DNA from: Candidatus Omnitrophota bacterium
Lineage (GTDB): Bacteria > Omnitrophota > Gorgyraeia > Gygaellales > Profunditerraquicolaceae
DNA length: 64,000 nt
Assembly (NCBI GenBank): GCA_026387355.1
Contig: JAPLLW010000007.1
Span: 106,198 to 170,197 of the forward strand
Direction of reading: 5' to 3'
Part shown: positions 1-9,471 of the stretch, one piece after another
Numbering within the stretch: position 1 is the stretch's first letter
Layout: every line of letters begins with the position of its first letter
Translations under genes and position numbers: made by a program
The notes under the pieces: model-generated
What the model was told of the DNA's origin: nothing
Seen by the model: only the letters and a program-made list of their open reading frames with translations
The model's database searches: none

Positions 1-95
1 GTATGAGTTCTTGTCCCGAGCTCTTCTTTAGTTGCGCCTATTGATACAACAGATATCTTCCCTGACCATCTCTCAGTCATTAATTGCAGTGCCAT
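1..95 (-). CDS. acsD: CFeSP small (delta) subunit, 5' end only (runs off the window)
   Basis: Not in ORF track; manual translation from ATG at 95 gives MALQLMTERWSGKISVVSIGATKEELGTRTH, a typical AcsD N-terminus; follows acsC-acsV-cooC. Confidence 0.8.
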   Translation of the reverse strand, partial: MALQLMTERWSGKISVVSIGATKEELGTRTH

Positions 96-832
96 ATTTT
101 CTCTCCTAACTTACGTAAATTATTTATACTAGTATTCTTTTCATTCAAACCCATGAGCGAACCATCCTCTATGCTTGCTTTTTCGATTTCGTTATCTAAT
201 CCTAAAGTGCCCAGGTAAGTAAGCTTTAATTCTGCAATTCTATCTTTATCTAGGGCGCCTTCGAAACGGTTCACAATTAAAAACTTATTCTTGATCTTTA
301 TTTTCAATTCAGAGGTTAGCTCTGTAATCCTTTGAGCCGCCCTAAGCCCTACAACAGAAGCATCAGAAACTACTACTAGACTATCTGCTTCTCGGGTTGT
401 CCTACGGGAGAGGTGCTCAAGCCCTGCCTCGTTATCAATTATTACAAAATCGTAATTCTTAATCAATTTACTCATAGCATTACGCAAGGCATTATTCACA
501 TAACAGTAGCATCCTGGCCCTTCTGGCCTGCCCATAGTTAGAATATCGAAACCATCTCCTTCGATAATGGCAGTTTGTACGCGGTATTCAATATAGGCAT
601 CTTTGCCCATATTCCCTGGTACGCTTTCAGGGTGAGCGCTTATATCGTCTAAAATAGTACCGATGTTTTCCTTAACCTCAATTCCAAGTATTTCGCCAAG
701 ATTACTATTTGGATCAGCGTCTATTGCAATAATCGAGCCTATTTTTTTTTCTTTGATTATGCGTATAATAAGACCGGCAATTGTCGTTTTTCCTGTACCA
801 CCTTTACCCGCCATAGCTATAACAATTCCCAT
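80..832 (-). CDS. cooC: CooC/AcsF nickel-insertion ATPase
   Basis: GKGGTGKT P-loop, DADPNSNL, GPGCYC, DNEAGLEHLSR motifs; acs context. Confidence 0.9.
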   Translation of the reverse strand: MGIVIAMAGKGGTGKTTIAGLIIRIIKEKKIGSIIAIDADPNSNLGEILGIEVKENIGTILDDISAHPESVPGNMGKDAYIEYRVQTAIIEGDGFDILTMGRPEGPGCYCYVNNALRNAMSKLIKNYDFVIIDNEAGLEHLSRRTTREADSLVVVSDASVVGLRAAQRITELTSELKIKIKNKFLIVNRFEGALDKDRIAELKLTYLGTLGLDNEIEKASIEDGSLMGLNEKNTSINNLRKLGEKIWHCN

Positions 833-833
833 A

Positions 834-2738
834 TTAACCTTTTAATGAAGGAAATCTTTTCAAGTCAGTATGCGGGAAAAATAGTGCCGCCATATATTCG
901 TCCATATATCCTGCATCAACAGAGAGTTCAAAATAAGTAATCTTACGTGCAATCTCCGCGGCCTGGATGGTAGCGTCAGAAGATAGCAACATCTGCCTTG
1001 CCCCTGCCAGGGCACTATTGCCGATAAAAATAAACCTTTTTCTTTCTAAGTCCGGTAAAAGGCCTATTTTTATAGCGCTCTCTATATCTAATGAGGTGCC
1101 GAATCCTCCCGCAATAAAGATCTTCTTTACATCCGTTAGTTGGAAATTCATGTGTTTAACTAAAATCGAGGTAGCCGAATATATTGCCGCTTTTGCGCGT
1201 TTTAAATTTTCTATATCCGCTTCACTTATTACTATGTCAGTTGAGGCATCGGCCCCTTCCTTAAAAACAACTATAAATTCTTTACCCGATGGGCCATTGC
1301 GTACCCGTTTATGATTCTCGAGCTTAATCTTCCCATTTTTATCAATTACTCCTGCATTAAGCATCTGTGAGATTAAAGAAATGTAACCTGAACCGCATAT
1401 CCCGCGCGGTTTAGTATCTGCGATAGTAAATAAAGTAACTTCAAAATCTTGTGGACCTACTTTTACCTTTTGTATTGCTCCGCTTGATGCGCGCATTCCG
1501 CAACCTACTCCGCTTCCCTCAAACGCCGGTCCCGCAGATGCAGCGCAAGCAACCAGAAAGTCTTTATTGCCTAAGGCGATCTCTCCATTTGTGCCGATAT
1601 CAATTAAAATGCTCAAAGCCTCTTCTTGGTATAGCCCGCTAGATAAAACTCCTGATGTAGTATCTCCACCAACATAGCTTGATACCCCGGGCACACAAGA
1701 TAAAAGCCCGCGCGGATTGATTTTAATTTCAGCCTCAGCTGCTCTTACCACGGGAAGAAAATTTGCTGTTGGCACATATGGTTCACGCCTGATATAAGTA
1801 GGATCAACTCTTAGAAGCAGATGAATCATAGTGGTATTTCCCGTGCAAACTACGTAAGAAACATCATTTAAATCGACGTTGTGTTCAGAGCAAAGCTCTT
1901 TAATCATCTGATTCATTGATTCGGTAACAGCTGCGTGAAGCCTTTCCAGGCCCTCTTCTTGCCGAGCATAAATTATGCGCGTGATTACATCTGAACCAAA
2001 GCTTGCCTGCTTATTATAAGTAGCCTTAGTCCCCAAAATCTTTTTAGTGTTTAAATCAATCAACTGACCCGACAGAGTGGTTGTTCCGATATCAAAAGAT
2101 AAACCGAAATTTTTATTACTGGTGTCACCGGGTTCAATCAAAACAATCTCTACCGTATCATTTCTTTTCCCCAGGGTAACAGTAACCTTCCAGTCTGAAT
2201 CGCGTAACAATTCACCCAGCTGCCTTATATTAGTTAACCCGGTCTGCATAATCGGTAAAGCCTGAACTTTACGTATGCGCTGTAGCAAGCGGTCTAGGTC
2301 ACTAGAAGTATCGTTTAGAGTAGGCTTTGGTAACTCCAGATACATCTTTGTAGCTAGCGGTGAATGCTTAAAGATTGAATCACTTAGAATAGCTTCTTTT
2401 GATTCAACTTCTTCAGATTTAACAAAAATGTCGTTTAACGAGGCATTTAAATCCATCCTTGATTCTTGGGGTATCTCAACCTGCAAGTCGCTATGCACGG
2501 TAGTAAGGCAGGCAAGATAGATATTCTTTTTCTTTTCTTCTAAATCTAGGGCTGGGCTAATCTGGGTAGCTACGTTCCCTTCTTTGAGAATTATTTTACA
2601 TCTACCACACACCCCATCTCCGCCGCAAGCGGAATTTATAAATATACCGCAAGAAATTCCTGCCGAAAGAATGGTTGTGTCTTTGGCTACCTCAACTGTT
2701 TTATTGTCAGGTAAAAATGTGACTTTGTACTTTTGCAT
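834..2738 (-). CDS. acsV: Reductive activator of corrinoid protein (RACo; 2Fe-2S plus ASKHA ATPase)
   Basis: N-terminal CGGDGVCGRC...LAC ferredoxin domain; DIGTTT and DIGTNGE ASKHA motifs; adjacent to acsC. Confidence 0.9.
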   Translation of the reverse strand: MQKYKVTFLPDNKTVEVAKDTTILSAGISCGIFINSACGGDGVCGRCKIILKEGNVATQISPALDLEEKKKNIYLACLTTVHSDLQVEIPQESRMDLNASLNDIFVKSEEVESKEAILSDSIFKHSPLATKMYLELPKPTLNDTSSDLDRLLQRIRKVQALPIMQTGLTNIRQLGELLRDSDWKVTVTLGKRNDTVEIVLIEPGDTSNKNFGLSFDIGTTTLSGQLIDLNTKKILGTKATYNKQASFGSDVITRIIYARQEEGLERLHAAVTESMNQMIKELCSEHNVDLNDVSYVVCTGNTTMIHLLLRVDPTYIRREPYVPTANFLPVVRAAEAEIKINPRGLLSCVPGVSSYVGGDTTSGVLSSGLYQEEALSILIDIGTNGEIALGNKDFLVACAASAGPAFEGSGVGCGMRASSGAIQKVKVGPQDFEVTLFTIADTKPRGICGSGYISLISQMLNAGVIDKNGKIKLENHKRVRNGPSGKEFIVVFKEGADASTDIVISEADIENLKRAKAAIYSATSILVKHMNFQLTDVKKIFIAGGFGTSLDIESAIKIGLLPDLERKRFIFIGNSALAGARQMLLSSDATIQAAEIARKITYFELSVDAGYMDEYMAALFFPHTDLKRFPSLKG

Positions 2739-2745
2739 AGTTAGT

Positions 2746-4074
2746 TTACAAATTCTTTAAAAAAGACGGAATTCCCGCAGCCTCTTTGGGTCCGACGATT
2801 ATTTCAAAGCCTGACTCATCCTGAAGTTCACCGCTCATCATCGCGACATAACCTGGGATAACCAGTTTTTTGTGCGTCACGACTTCAGCTAGTGCAAATT
2901 TATTAATTGACTCAGCGATTTTATGCGGTGTAAATTTTTCTGCAGCCCAGGCAGTTAAAACAGACATCCCTTCGGTATCAACACTCATGATATAAGCAGG
3001 TATCTTACTTGCCTCTACTTCCCCCAAGACCGTAAAATATGAAAGTGAGAAATTCGTGGTTATTAATACCGGAGATTTATTGTTAACAGAGCCGATGGGA
3101 TAAAGTTTTGGTTCGATCTGGAGAGGTTTTTGAGGGTCGGTGTAAATATTCTGGCGTAGAGTTAAAAGCGACAAAACCTGCCAGCTTTCAAAGCCCTTGA
3201 TCAGAACAATACCGGCGTATTTAGAAATATAGGTAGCTGCTTCTTGGATCTCCTCAAATGGGTCATCCTGTTCAACTATAACTAACGCAGGATATCCTAA
3301 GGCGCGGTTAGATTTTTTGAGCGCTAATCTCCTGATTTGCGTTAAATCCCATATTTTATCAGCAATTGGTTTATTAGCCGTTTCAATTATTAAATCGGTT
3401 ACTCCCTGGCTTGTCAATTCAATGGTCAACTCGGCAACCTTTTCTAGGTCTTGGCCATAAACTACAAGCGGACTCTTATACTCTTTAGCCAATTGTGCAA
3501 CCTGGCTTAAATTTTCTCGAGTTGCATGATAAATCAGTGGGTTTTTACCCTTAGTTAACTCAAGCGCTAACTTTAATCCGGAAAGATCACCCGCCATAAG
3601 CACAAGGCCCAAGGAAGTTTTACTAGAAATTATTTTAACTGCATCAGAAAACCTTTTACCATCATTAATTTGCCTGATTGCTACAAGGTTAATCTCTAGT
3701 TTCTGGCCTACGCGTTCAAATGTAAGGCTGTTTATCTTATCTAACTTATCTATAATCTGGCTATCAGTAAGACTATCCTCGATTATAAAGCCTATGCCGC
3801 ACGGCCGGTGAAATTTCTCTTCGTGCCTGAATAATACGCTTTCATTACCGATTTCTAGCTTCTGTTCGCCAGCTCCGATAGTAATTAATTTTATCGGCGG
3901 CAAGCTTGATGCCTCTAAGTTTGCTTTAGCCTCCAGGCTTAAGTACGGGCATTTTTCAATAGCTACCGCTTTTTTAGCGAGTTGCATAGCAAAAGCCAGG
4001 CAAGTTGCAAAGCCGCATTCTTTACAATTTGTTTTCGGTAAAAGCTTGTAAATATCCAATCCTGATAAAGCCAT
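2746..4074 (-). CDS. acsC: CFeSP large (gamma) subunit
   Basis: LPKTNCKECGFATCLAFA..CP 4Fe-4S domain; RQNIYTDPQKP; TTNFSLSYF; GMSVLTAWAA. Confidence 0.95.
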   Translation of the reverse strand: MALSGLDIYKLLPKTNCKECGFATCLAFAMQLAKKAVAIEKCPYLSLEAKANLEASSLPPIKLITIGAGEQKLEIGNESVLFRHEEKFHRPCGIGFIIEDSLTDSQIIDKLDKINSLTFERVGQKLEINLVAIRQINDGKRFSDAVKIISSKTSLGLVLMAGDLSGLKLALELTKGKNPLIYHATRENLSQVAQLAKEYKSPLVVYGQDLEKVAELTIELTSQGVTDLIIETANKPIADKIWDLTQIRRLALKKSNRALGYPALVIVEQDDPFEEIQEAATYISKYAGIVLIKGFESWQVLSLLTLRQNIYTDPQKPLQIEPKLYPIGSVNNKSPVLITTNFSLSYFTVLGEVEASKIPAYIMSVDTEGMSVLTAWAAEKFTPHKIAESINKFALAEVVTHKKLVIPGYVAMMSGELQDESGFEIIVGPKEAAGIPSFLKNL

Positions 4075-4086
4075 GGTAGTTGCTCC

Positions 4087-4488
4087 TTATTTTAGTTCAA
4101 ATATTTCACGGTTGTTAATTTTAAATAATCTTTTTGCAAATTTCTCCGAGTCAGCATGTCCTTTTAGTTTCTCTAAGGCGTGTACCAGCGTTTTCTTAAG
4201 AGAGATTTGAATACTTTTATTATTATGCAGATTAAGCATTACAATTTTAATCCGCTTAGCCTTATGTTTATGTATATTGCCTTTACCATAGGTTGCCCCG
4301 GTTGAAAGCTGTAAACCGTCCACAAGGCAGGATCTGGGTTTCTGGGTAGCGCCGTAAACTTTAACGCTTAAGCCAAAGTATTTTTTACATCCTATTCTTC
4401 TTAATCCTAATACACCTGCGCGTAAACCTAAAGCTAAGTAAGGACCAAGGTGTCCATGGAATTCAACTGCGCTCTTTAAGGAGTTCAT
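4087..4488 (-). CDS. Short FmdE/FwdE-family metal-binding protein
   Basis: FHGHLGP, SCLVDGLQ and GATYGKGN motifs. Confidence 0.8.
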   Translation of the reverse strand: MNSLKSAVEFHGHLGPYLALGLRAGVLGLRRIGCKKYFGLSVKVYGATQKPRSCLVDGLQLSTGATYGKGNIHKHKAKRIKIVMLNLHNNKSIQISLKKTLVHALEKLKGHADSEKFAKRLFKINNREIFELK

Positions 4489-5153
4489 TTGTTTACGAGG
4501 CTTGCAAAATATCCGGCGCCAAAACCATTATCAATATTCATTGTGGCTATTCCCGGTGAGCAGCTATTCAGCATAGTTAATAAAGCAGCCAGTCCTTTAA
4601 AACTTGAGCCATAACCGCAACTAGTAGGTACGGCAACAACCGGTACACTTACTAATCCGCTGACCAGGCTAGCTAGCGCACCCTCCATCCCAGCGACAAC
4701 AATAATTACGTTCGCCTTTCTTAAGAGTTGATTATGGGCGATTACGCGGTGCACCCCTGCAACACCTACGTCAAAGAGTCTTTCAAGTCGGTTTCCCATA
4801 ACCTCTAATGTTACGCATGCTTCTTCTGCTATAGGAAGATCGGAAGTCCCCGCAGAGATTACTAAGACTAGGCCTTTTTTAGTTGCTTTATTTTTTCTAG
4901 CTAAATAGCCTATTTTACCGAGACAATTATATTTTAAACCCGGAATGTATCTTTTTAAATAGGTAAATATTTCTTTTTCTAATTTAGTAAGCAGTAAGTC
5001 CTGTTTTTTCTTCAGTAGTTGAATGGCAATCTTCCTGATATGCTCTTTTGTTTTACCTGAAGAATAAATTACTTCGGCAAAACCTCGGCGTTTTTGTCTA
5101 TCTAAATCAACTTTAGCAAAACCTAAATCGGAAAAACCTCGCCTGGAAGACAT
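4485..5153 (-). CDS. larB: LarB (AIR-carboxylase-like, nickel-pincer cofactor biosynthesis family)
   Basis: AGTSDLPIAEE, DVGVAGVHR, AGMEGAL, VPTSCGYG, MLNSC, NIDNGFGAG. Confidence 0.9.
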   Translation of the reverse strand: MSSRRGFSDLGFAKVDLDRQKRRGFAEVIYSSGKTKEHIRKIAIQLLKKKQDLLLTKLEKEIFTYLKRYIPGLKYNCLGKIGYLARKNKATKKGLVLVISAGTSDLPIAEEACVTLEVMGNRLERLFDVGVAGVHRVIAHNQLLRKANVIIVVAGMEGALASLVSGLVSVPVVAVPTSCGYGSSFKGLAALLTMLNSCSPGIATMNIDNGFGAGYFASLVNK

Positions 5154-5165
5154 AGTTATAATAAT

Positions 5166-5474
5166 TTAACCTCGGAAGATAAGCGTAAGCAAAAGAACAA
5201 TCAGTGCGATAGCCAGAATATAAAAGTCATTGAAATAAAGGAAATCACTTATCGTATCTTGCAATGAATTATGTTTGGCTTTGGCGGTTTTATGGGTTTG
5301 GGGTCGTTTTGTTTTATGGTAGTCGTGTACCTGCTCTTTTTTAAACCTCAGGTATACACCTCCAACCTTGTATGCAGGTATTGTCCCAATTTCAGCTAGG
5401 TTCATAACTTCCTTTTCGGAGATATTCAGCAAGACAGCTACTTCTCTGACTGTTAAAAGTTTTTCTTCATTCAT
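5166..5474 (-). CDS. HTH_17 (Xis/BldC-like) DNA-binding domain with C-terminal transmembrane helix
   Basis: LLTVREVAVLL...GTIPAYKVGG.YLRF; hydrophobic tail FYILAIALIVLLLTLIF. Confidence 0.8.
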   Translation of the reverse strand: MNEEKLLTVREVAVLLNISEKEVMNLAEIGTIPAYKVGGVYLRFKKEQVHDYHKTKRPQTHKTAKAKHNSLQDTISDFLYFNDFYILAIALIVLLLTLIFRG

Positions 5475-5488
5475 AAGAATATCCTGAC

Positions 5489-5992
5489 CTATTTTCCAAT
5501 TTTACCTGAACCTAACCAGGAATCAATCGCCCTTCTTTCAAATTTCCAGTCGTTTCCTTCCTTTTGCGCTGGAACCTTACCGGAGTTTGCCCATTCCATG
5601 ATTGAGTTAAGGTCAACCTCTAAATATTTAGCCAATTCTTCGGAATTCAAATAGTCATGTAGCATGCAGCATCTGCCTTCGAGTATCGCCCCTTCGGCAA
5701 TATTTAATTTAGCTGGAAGAATATCCCCATTTACTATAGCAGTAGGTAACAAGGTTAATCTTTCTTTGGCGATAATCTTTCCTCGCACTCTGCCTCCGAC
5801 GATGATGTTATCGCCGATAATTTCAGCGTTTACTACTGCCGAAGAGCCGATAGTTAAATTGCCTTTTACCTCTAAATTTCCTTCAAATTTACCATTAATA
5901 CGTAGATTAACCGCATCCTTAAAGCTCAGTGTCCCTTGCATGGAGGCATCAACATCTAAAATCTTCTCTTCAATTTTTTTCTTGAAAGCCAT
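5489..5992 (-). CDS. Bactofilin fused to a C-terminal HTH_17 domain
   Basis: Bactofilin repeats (LRINGKFEGNL..LTIG..AVVNAEI..GRVRGKI..IAEGAILEGRC), then YLNSEELAKYL..GKVPAQKEGNDWKF. Confidence 0.85.
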   Translation of the reverse strand: MAFKKKIEEKILDVDASMQGTLSFKDAVNLRINGKFEGNLEVKGNLTIGSSAVVNAEIIGDNIIVGGRVRGKIIAKERLTLLPTAIVNGDILPAKLNIAEGAILEGRCCMLHDYLNSEELAKYLEVDLNSIMEWANSGKVPAQKEGNDWKFERRAIDSWLGSGKIGK

Positions 5993-6003
5993 ATTTAACC
6001 TCC

Positions 6004-6462
6004 TTATTTTTTATGCTGTTTTTCCTTTTCATCCGGAAAAAGTATAATCTCTGCGTATCTTAAGAAGAAGAGTACAACTACTGCTAAAATTGTTGTATAA
6101 ATAGCCGCTCTTTTGAAACCGCATCCACAGGCAAGGCCAATTCCGGCTACAACCCAAAGGCTAGCCGCAGTAGTCAAGCCCTTTATACCTTCTCTTTCAC
6201 GGATAATGGTTCCGGCTCCTAGAAAACCGATTCCGGTAATTACGCCTGCCGCAATCCGCGCCGGGTCTACATTAGCTATGCCTCTATATATATCAAAAAC
6301 ATAGATAGATGTCAACATTATAAGGCAGGAACCCAGAGCAACTAGAATGTGAGTACGTAGACCTGCAGTTCTTTTGTGGAGTTGACGCTCAAAGCCGATA
6401 AGGCCGCTTAAGACTACAGTTAAAACCAGGCGCATAATAATCTGGTTGTCTCCTAGCATCAC
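6004..6462 (-). CDS. MgtC/SapB family membrane protein
   Basis: IGFERQ, AGLRTH, DPARIAA, GIGFLGAG, GLTTAA. Confidence 0.9.
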   Translation of the reverse strand: MMLGDNQIIMRLVLTVVLSGLIGFERQLHKRTAGLRTHILVALGSCLIMLTSIYVFDIYRGIANVDPARIAAGVITGIGFLGAGTIIREREGIKGLTTAASLWVVAGIGLACGCGFKRAAIYTTILAVVVLFFLRYAEIILFPDEKEKQHKK

Positions 6463-6473
6463 TAACCTCCTAT

Positions 6474-7457
6474 TTAGTTTAATTCAACAGTTAAGCTTAA
6501 ATCCGAATGGTAACCCTTTTTAAATAATTGGTAACCTAAGCCAGCGACCATAGCCGCATTATCCATGCAAAGTGATTTTTGCGGAAAGTAAAGATCAAGT
6601 TTGTGCGATTTTTGAGCTAAAATGAATTTTTCTCTTAAGCGATTATTTGCAACAACGCCACCTCCAAGAAGTAAGCGGCTTGATTTTTTAAGCCTGCAGG
6701 CAGCCAAAGTTTTTCTTACTAAAACATCTATAACTGTTTCTTGGAAAGATGCACAGATATCGCGTTTCTCTTTAAGGCTAATGCGTCTTCCTCGAGTAAG
6801 GTATAAAATTGCGGTTTTTATCCCGCTAAAACTAAAATTAAAGTCATCCCTTGAGCCCGAACAGTTAAGTTTAATTTTTTTGGGATTCCCAAGTTTAGCC
6901 ATTTTTTCAATTAAAGGGCCACCCGGGTAGCCCAGACCTAATATTTTTGCTACCTTATCAAATGCCTCCCCGCAGGCATCGTCTTTAGTCTCTCCGAGCA
7001 GCTCTATTTTATTAAAATCGTGAACATGAAATATACTGGTATGTCCCCCTGATACAACTAAGGCCATAAAAGGAAGCTCGATCCTTTTTGAGTCCAGGAA
7101 ATTGGCATAAAAATGACTGTACACATGGTCTATTCCTAATAGCGGACGGTCTAAAGCAAGGCTTAATGACTTAGCAAAAGATATGCCTACTAACAAAGAT
7201 CCAAGTAGTCCGGGCCGATTAGTTACGCTGATTAAATCAATATCTTTTAGTTTAATGCGCGCCTTCTTTACAGCGCTTTCAGTAATTTTGGTAATTGTTT
7301 CAAGTTGTATGCGCGAGGCAATTTCCGGGATCACCCCTCCGTATCTCTTATGAAATTCTAAGCTAGAAGCAACTTCATTAGAGAGTACCTTTTGCCCGTC
7401 TTTTACAATTGCTGCGGAAGTCTCATCGCAGGATGTTTCAATTCCTAAAACTATCAC
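6474..7457 (-). CDS. tsaD: tRNA t6A threonylcarbamoyltransferase
   Basis: LGIETSCDET, HxxxH (HVYSH), VSGGHT, GEAFDK, DNAAM. Confidence 0.95.
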   Translation of the reverse strand: MIVLGIETSCDETSAAIVKDGQKVLSNEVASSLEFHKRYGGVIPEIASRIQLETITKITESAVKKARIKLKDIDLISVTNRPGLLGSLLVGISFAKSLSLALDRPLLGIDHVYSHFYANFLDSKRIELPFMALVVSGGHTSIFHVHDFNKIELLGETKDDACGEAFDKVAKILGLGYPGGPLIEKMAKLGNPKKIKLNCSGSRDDFNFSFSGIKTAILYLTRGRRISLKEKRDICASFQETVIDVLVRKTLAACRLKKSSRLLLGGGVVANNRLREKFILAQKSHKLDLYFPQKSLCMDNAAMVAGLGYQLFKKGYHSDLSLTVELN

Positions 7458-8224
7458 TTTGCCATCTCCGATAAGTATACAAATCTATATCCTTCTTTGG
7501 CAAGTTGCGGCATGGCTTCTTTTAAAACTTCTAAAGTTAATTTGCGATCATGGCCAATGCCTATGGCAAATCCGCTACTTTTAGCTTTAGATTTTAAACG
7601 ATTTATCTGACCCAAAATATATTCACGACTAGCGACATTATCTAAGAAAACATCTCTTTTAAATATTTTATAATTAAATTTATGTGATAATTCGATGCAA
7701 ACAGAAGCAGGATTAACAAAGCTGTCCAAAAAATAAAGATTTCTTTTCTTTAGTTCCTTAAAAACTGCCTCCATAATTCTTAAATCCCCCGTAGCTTTTG
7801 AGCCCATGTGATTATTGACTCCTCTAGCGTAAGTAAGATTAGTTAAGTCATCAGCTATAACCTTAATAATTTTATCTCTAGACATAGAAGAGGAAATGGT
7901 ATTTTTTTCAAGAGGTAGCTTTTCTAGCGGCTGCATAGGCAAGTGCAGCATTATTTCAAAGCCTTCCGAATGTAATTTAGAGGCAATTTCTTGAGAATAC
8001 TTAAGATTTGGCAGGATAGATACGTTAAGCGGATATTTAATTTTTTCTATAGCGCTTAAGTTATTCAGGCTATACCCCCAGTCATCAATAACTATGGCGA
8101 TCTCTCCCTTTATAGTAACAGCAGGTATTATTGGTCTGATTATCTTTTTGGGTTTCTCGCGAAAGATTGTTACAACTATAATCAGGAATATAAAAAGTAT
8201 AGTAAAAATTATTGCCCGCTTCAC
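7454..8224 (-). CDS. Divergent polysaccharide deacetylase (YibQ-like)
   Basis: AIVIDD, LHLPM, NNHMGS, FLDS, RDVFLD, IGH; N-terminal TM. Confidence 0.9.
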   Translation of the reverse strand: MKRAIIFTILFIFLIIVVTIFREKPKKIIRPIIPAVTIKGEIAIVIDDWGYSLNNLSAIEKIKYPLNVSILPNLKYSQEIASKLHSEGFEIMLHLPMQPLEKLPLEKNTISSSMSRDKIIKVIADDLTNLTYARGVNNHMGSKATGDLRIMEAVFKELKKRNLYFLDSFVNPASVCIELSHKFNYKIFKRDVFLDNVASREYILGQINRLKSKAKSSGFAIGIGHDRKLTLEVLKEAMPQLAKEGYRFVYLSEMAK

Positions 8225-9471
8225 TTTGAACCAGCCTTGTTATCTATTTTTCCGGTCTTTAGGATTTCAAGGGCACTACTAATCTGAAGGTCGCTTTTAT
8301 AATCAAGTGGTTTTTTATCAGTTAGAGGTTTATCTTTTAGTCCTGCCTCTTCAAGTATCTCTTGATTCTTATCGGCTTCTTTCTCCGGACTAATTATAAC
8401 GTCAGGAACGACTCCTTTGTTATGGATTACCTTTCCTAGTGGCGTAAAATACTTACTTGTAGTTAATCTTAAGGCTGAGCCATCGCTTAATGGTATAACG
8501 GTTTGCACAGAGCCTTTTCCGAATGAAGTTGCGCCTACTATGGTTGCCCGTTTATAATCTTGTAGTGCGCCAGCGACTATTTCGCTACCGGAAGCCGATC
8601 CTTCGTTAATTAAGATCACCAAAGGAATGTTGAGCATAGGATGCAAAGTGTGCGCTACAAATTGGACATCTTGGTCATTTTTTCTTCCCCTAGTATAAAC
8701 AACAAGTTTTCCTTTGGGGATAAACTCTCCAGTTATATCTACCGCACTCTCAAGTAGCCCTCCGGGGTTATTGCGTAAATCTAAAATAAGTGAATTCATC
8801 CCTTTTTTAGAAAGACGCTCTAATGCCGCATTAAAATCTGCAGGAGTATTCTCTCTGAATTCAACTAAGCGTATATAACCAATTCCATCTTCCAGTATTT
8901 TTGCCTCTTTGATATCCTTAATTTTTATAATAGCTCGTACAATTTTAAACTCTAAGACTTTTTTCTCGGATTCTCTTAAAACAGTGAGATTAGCCGCTTC
9001 TCCTGGTTTACCGCGCATCTTTTTTACTGCTTCAGTCAAGGTTAGATCGCGCGTTAATTCGTTATTAATCTTCACGATGCGATCCCCTGGTTTTAATCCT
9101 GCTCTCCATGCCGGCGTACCTTCTATGGGGGTGATTACGGTGAGTAGTCCGTCTTTTATGGTAATCTCAATACCTAACCCACCAAAGTTTCCTTTTGTAT
9201 CAACCTTTAGTTCATTATAGGTATCTGGATCCATAAACTGACTGTGCGCGTCTAGCGAAGAGAGCATGCCTTTTAATGCTCCGTAAATCAAATCTTTAGG
9301 TTTTACTTCTTCCATATAATCAGATTGTATAATTGCCAGGGTATCTGCGAAGAGCTCAACCTGTCGGTACAAATCATCTCTTTTCTTCCTTTCGGAACCC
9401 GAGAGAGCAGCCGAAAGAGAGGCAAAAAGTACTACAAAAGTTAGCGAAATAATAATAATTCGATTACGCAT
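8221..9471 (-). CDS. ctpA: S41 C-terminal processing protease
   Basis: Signal peptide, PDZ (GGLGIEI), DLRNNPGG, SASGSE, FGKGSVQ. Confidence 0.92.
   Translation of the reverse strand: MRNRIIIISLTFVVLFASLSAALSGSERKKRDDLYRQVELFADTLAIIQSDYMEEVKPKDLIYGALKGMLSSLDAHSQFMDPDTYNELKVDTKGNFGGLGIEITIKDGLLTVITPIEGTPAWRAGLKPGDRIVKINNELTRDLTLTEAVKKMRGKPGEAANLTVLRESEKKVLEFKIVRAIIKIKDIKEAKILEDGIGYIRLVEFRENTPADFNAALERLSKKGMNSLILDLRNNPGGLLESAVDITGEFIPKGKLVVYTRGRKNDQDVQFVAHTLHPMLNIPLVILINEGSASGSEIVAGALQDYKRATIVGATSFGKGSVQTVIPLSDGSALRLTTSKYFTPLGKVIHNKGVVPDVIISPEKEADKNQEILEEAGLKDKPLTDKKPLDYKSDLQISSALEILKTGKIDNKAGSK

Noticed and set aside
5166-5992. Prophage or ICE suggested by excisionase-like domains
   Set aside because: No integrase, att repeats or phage genes; the genes are embedded in a housekeeping operon
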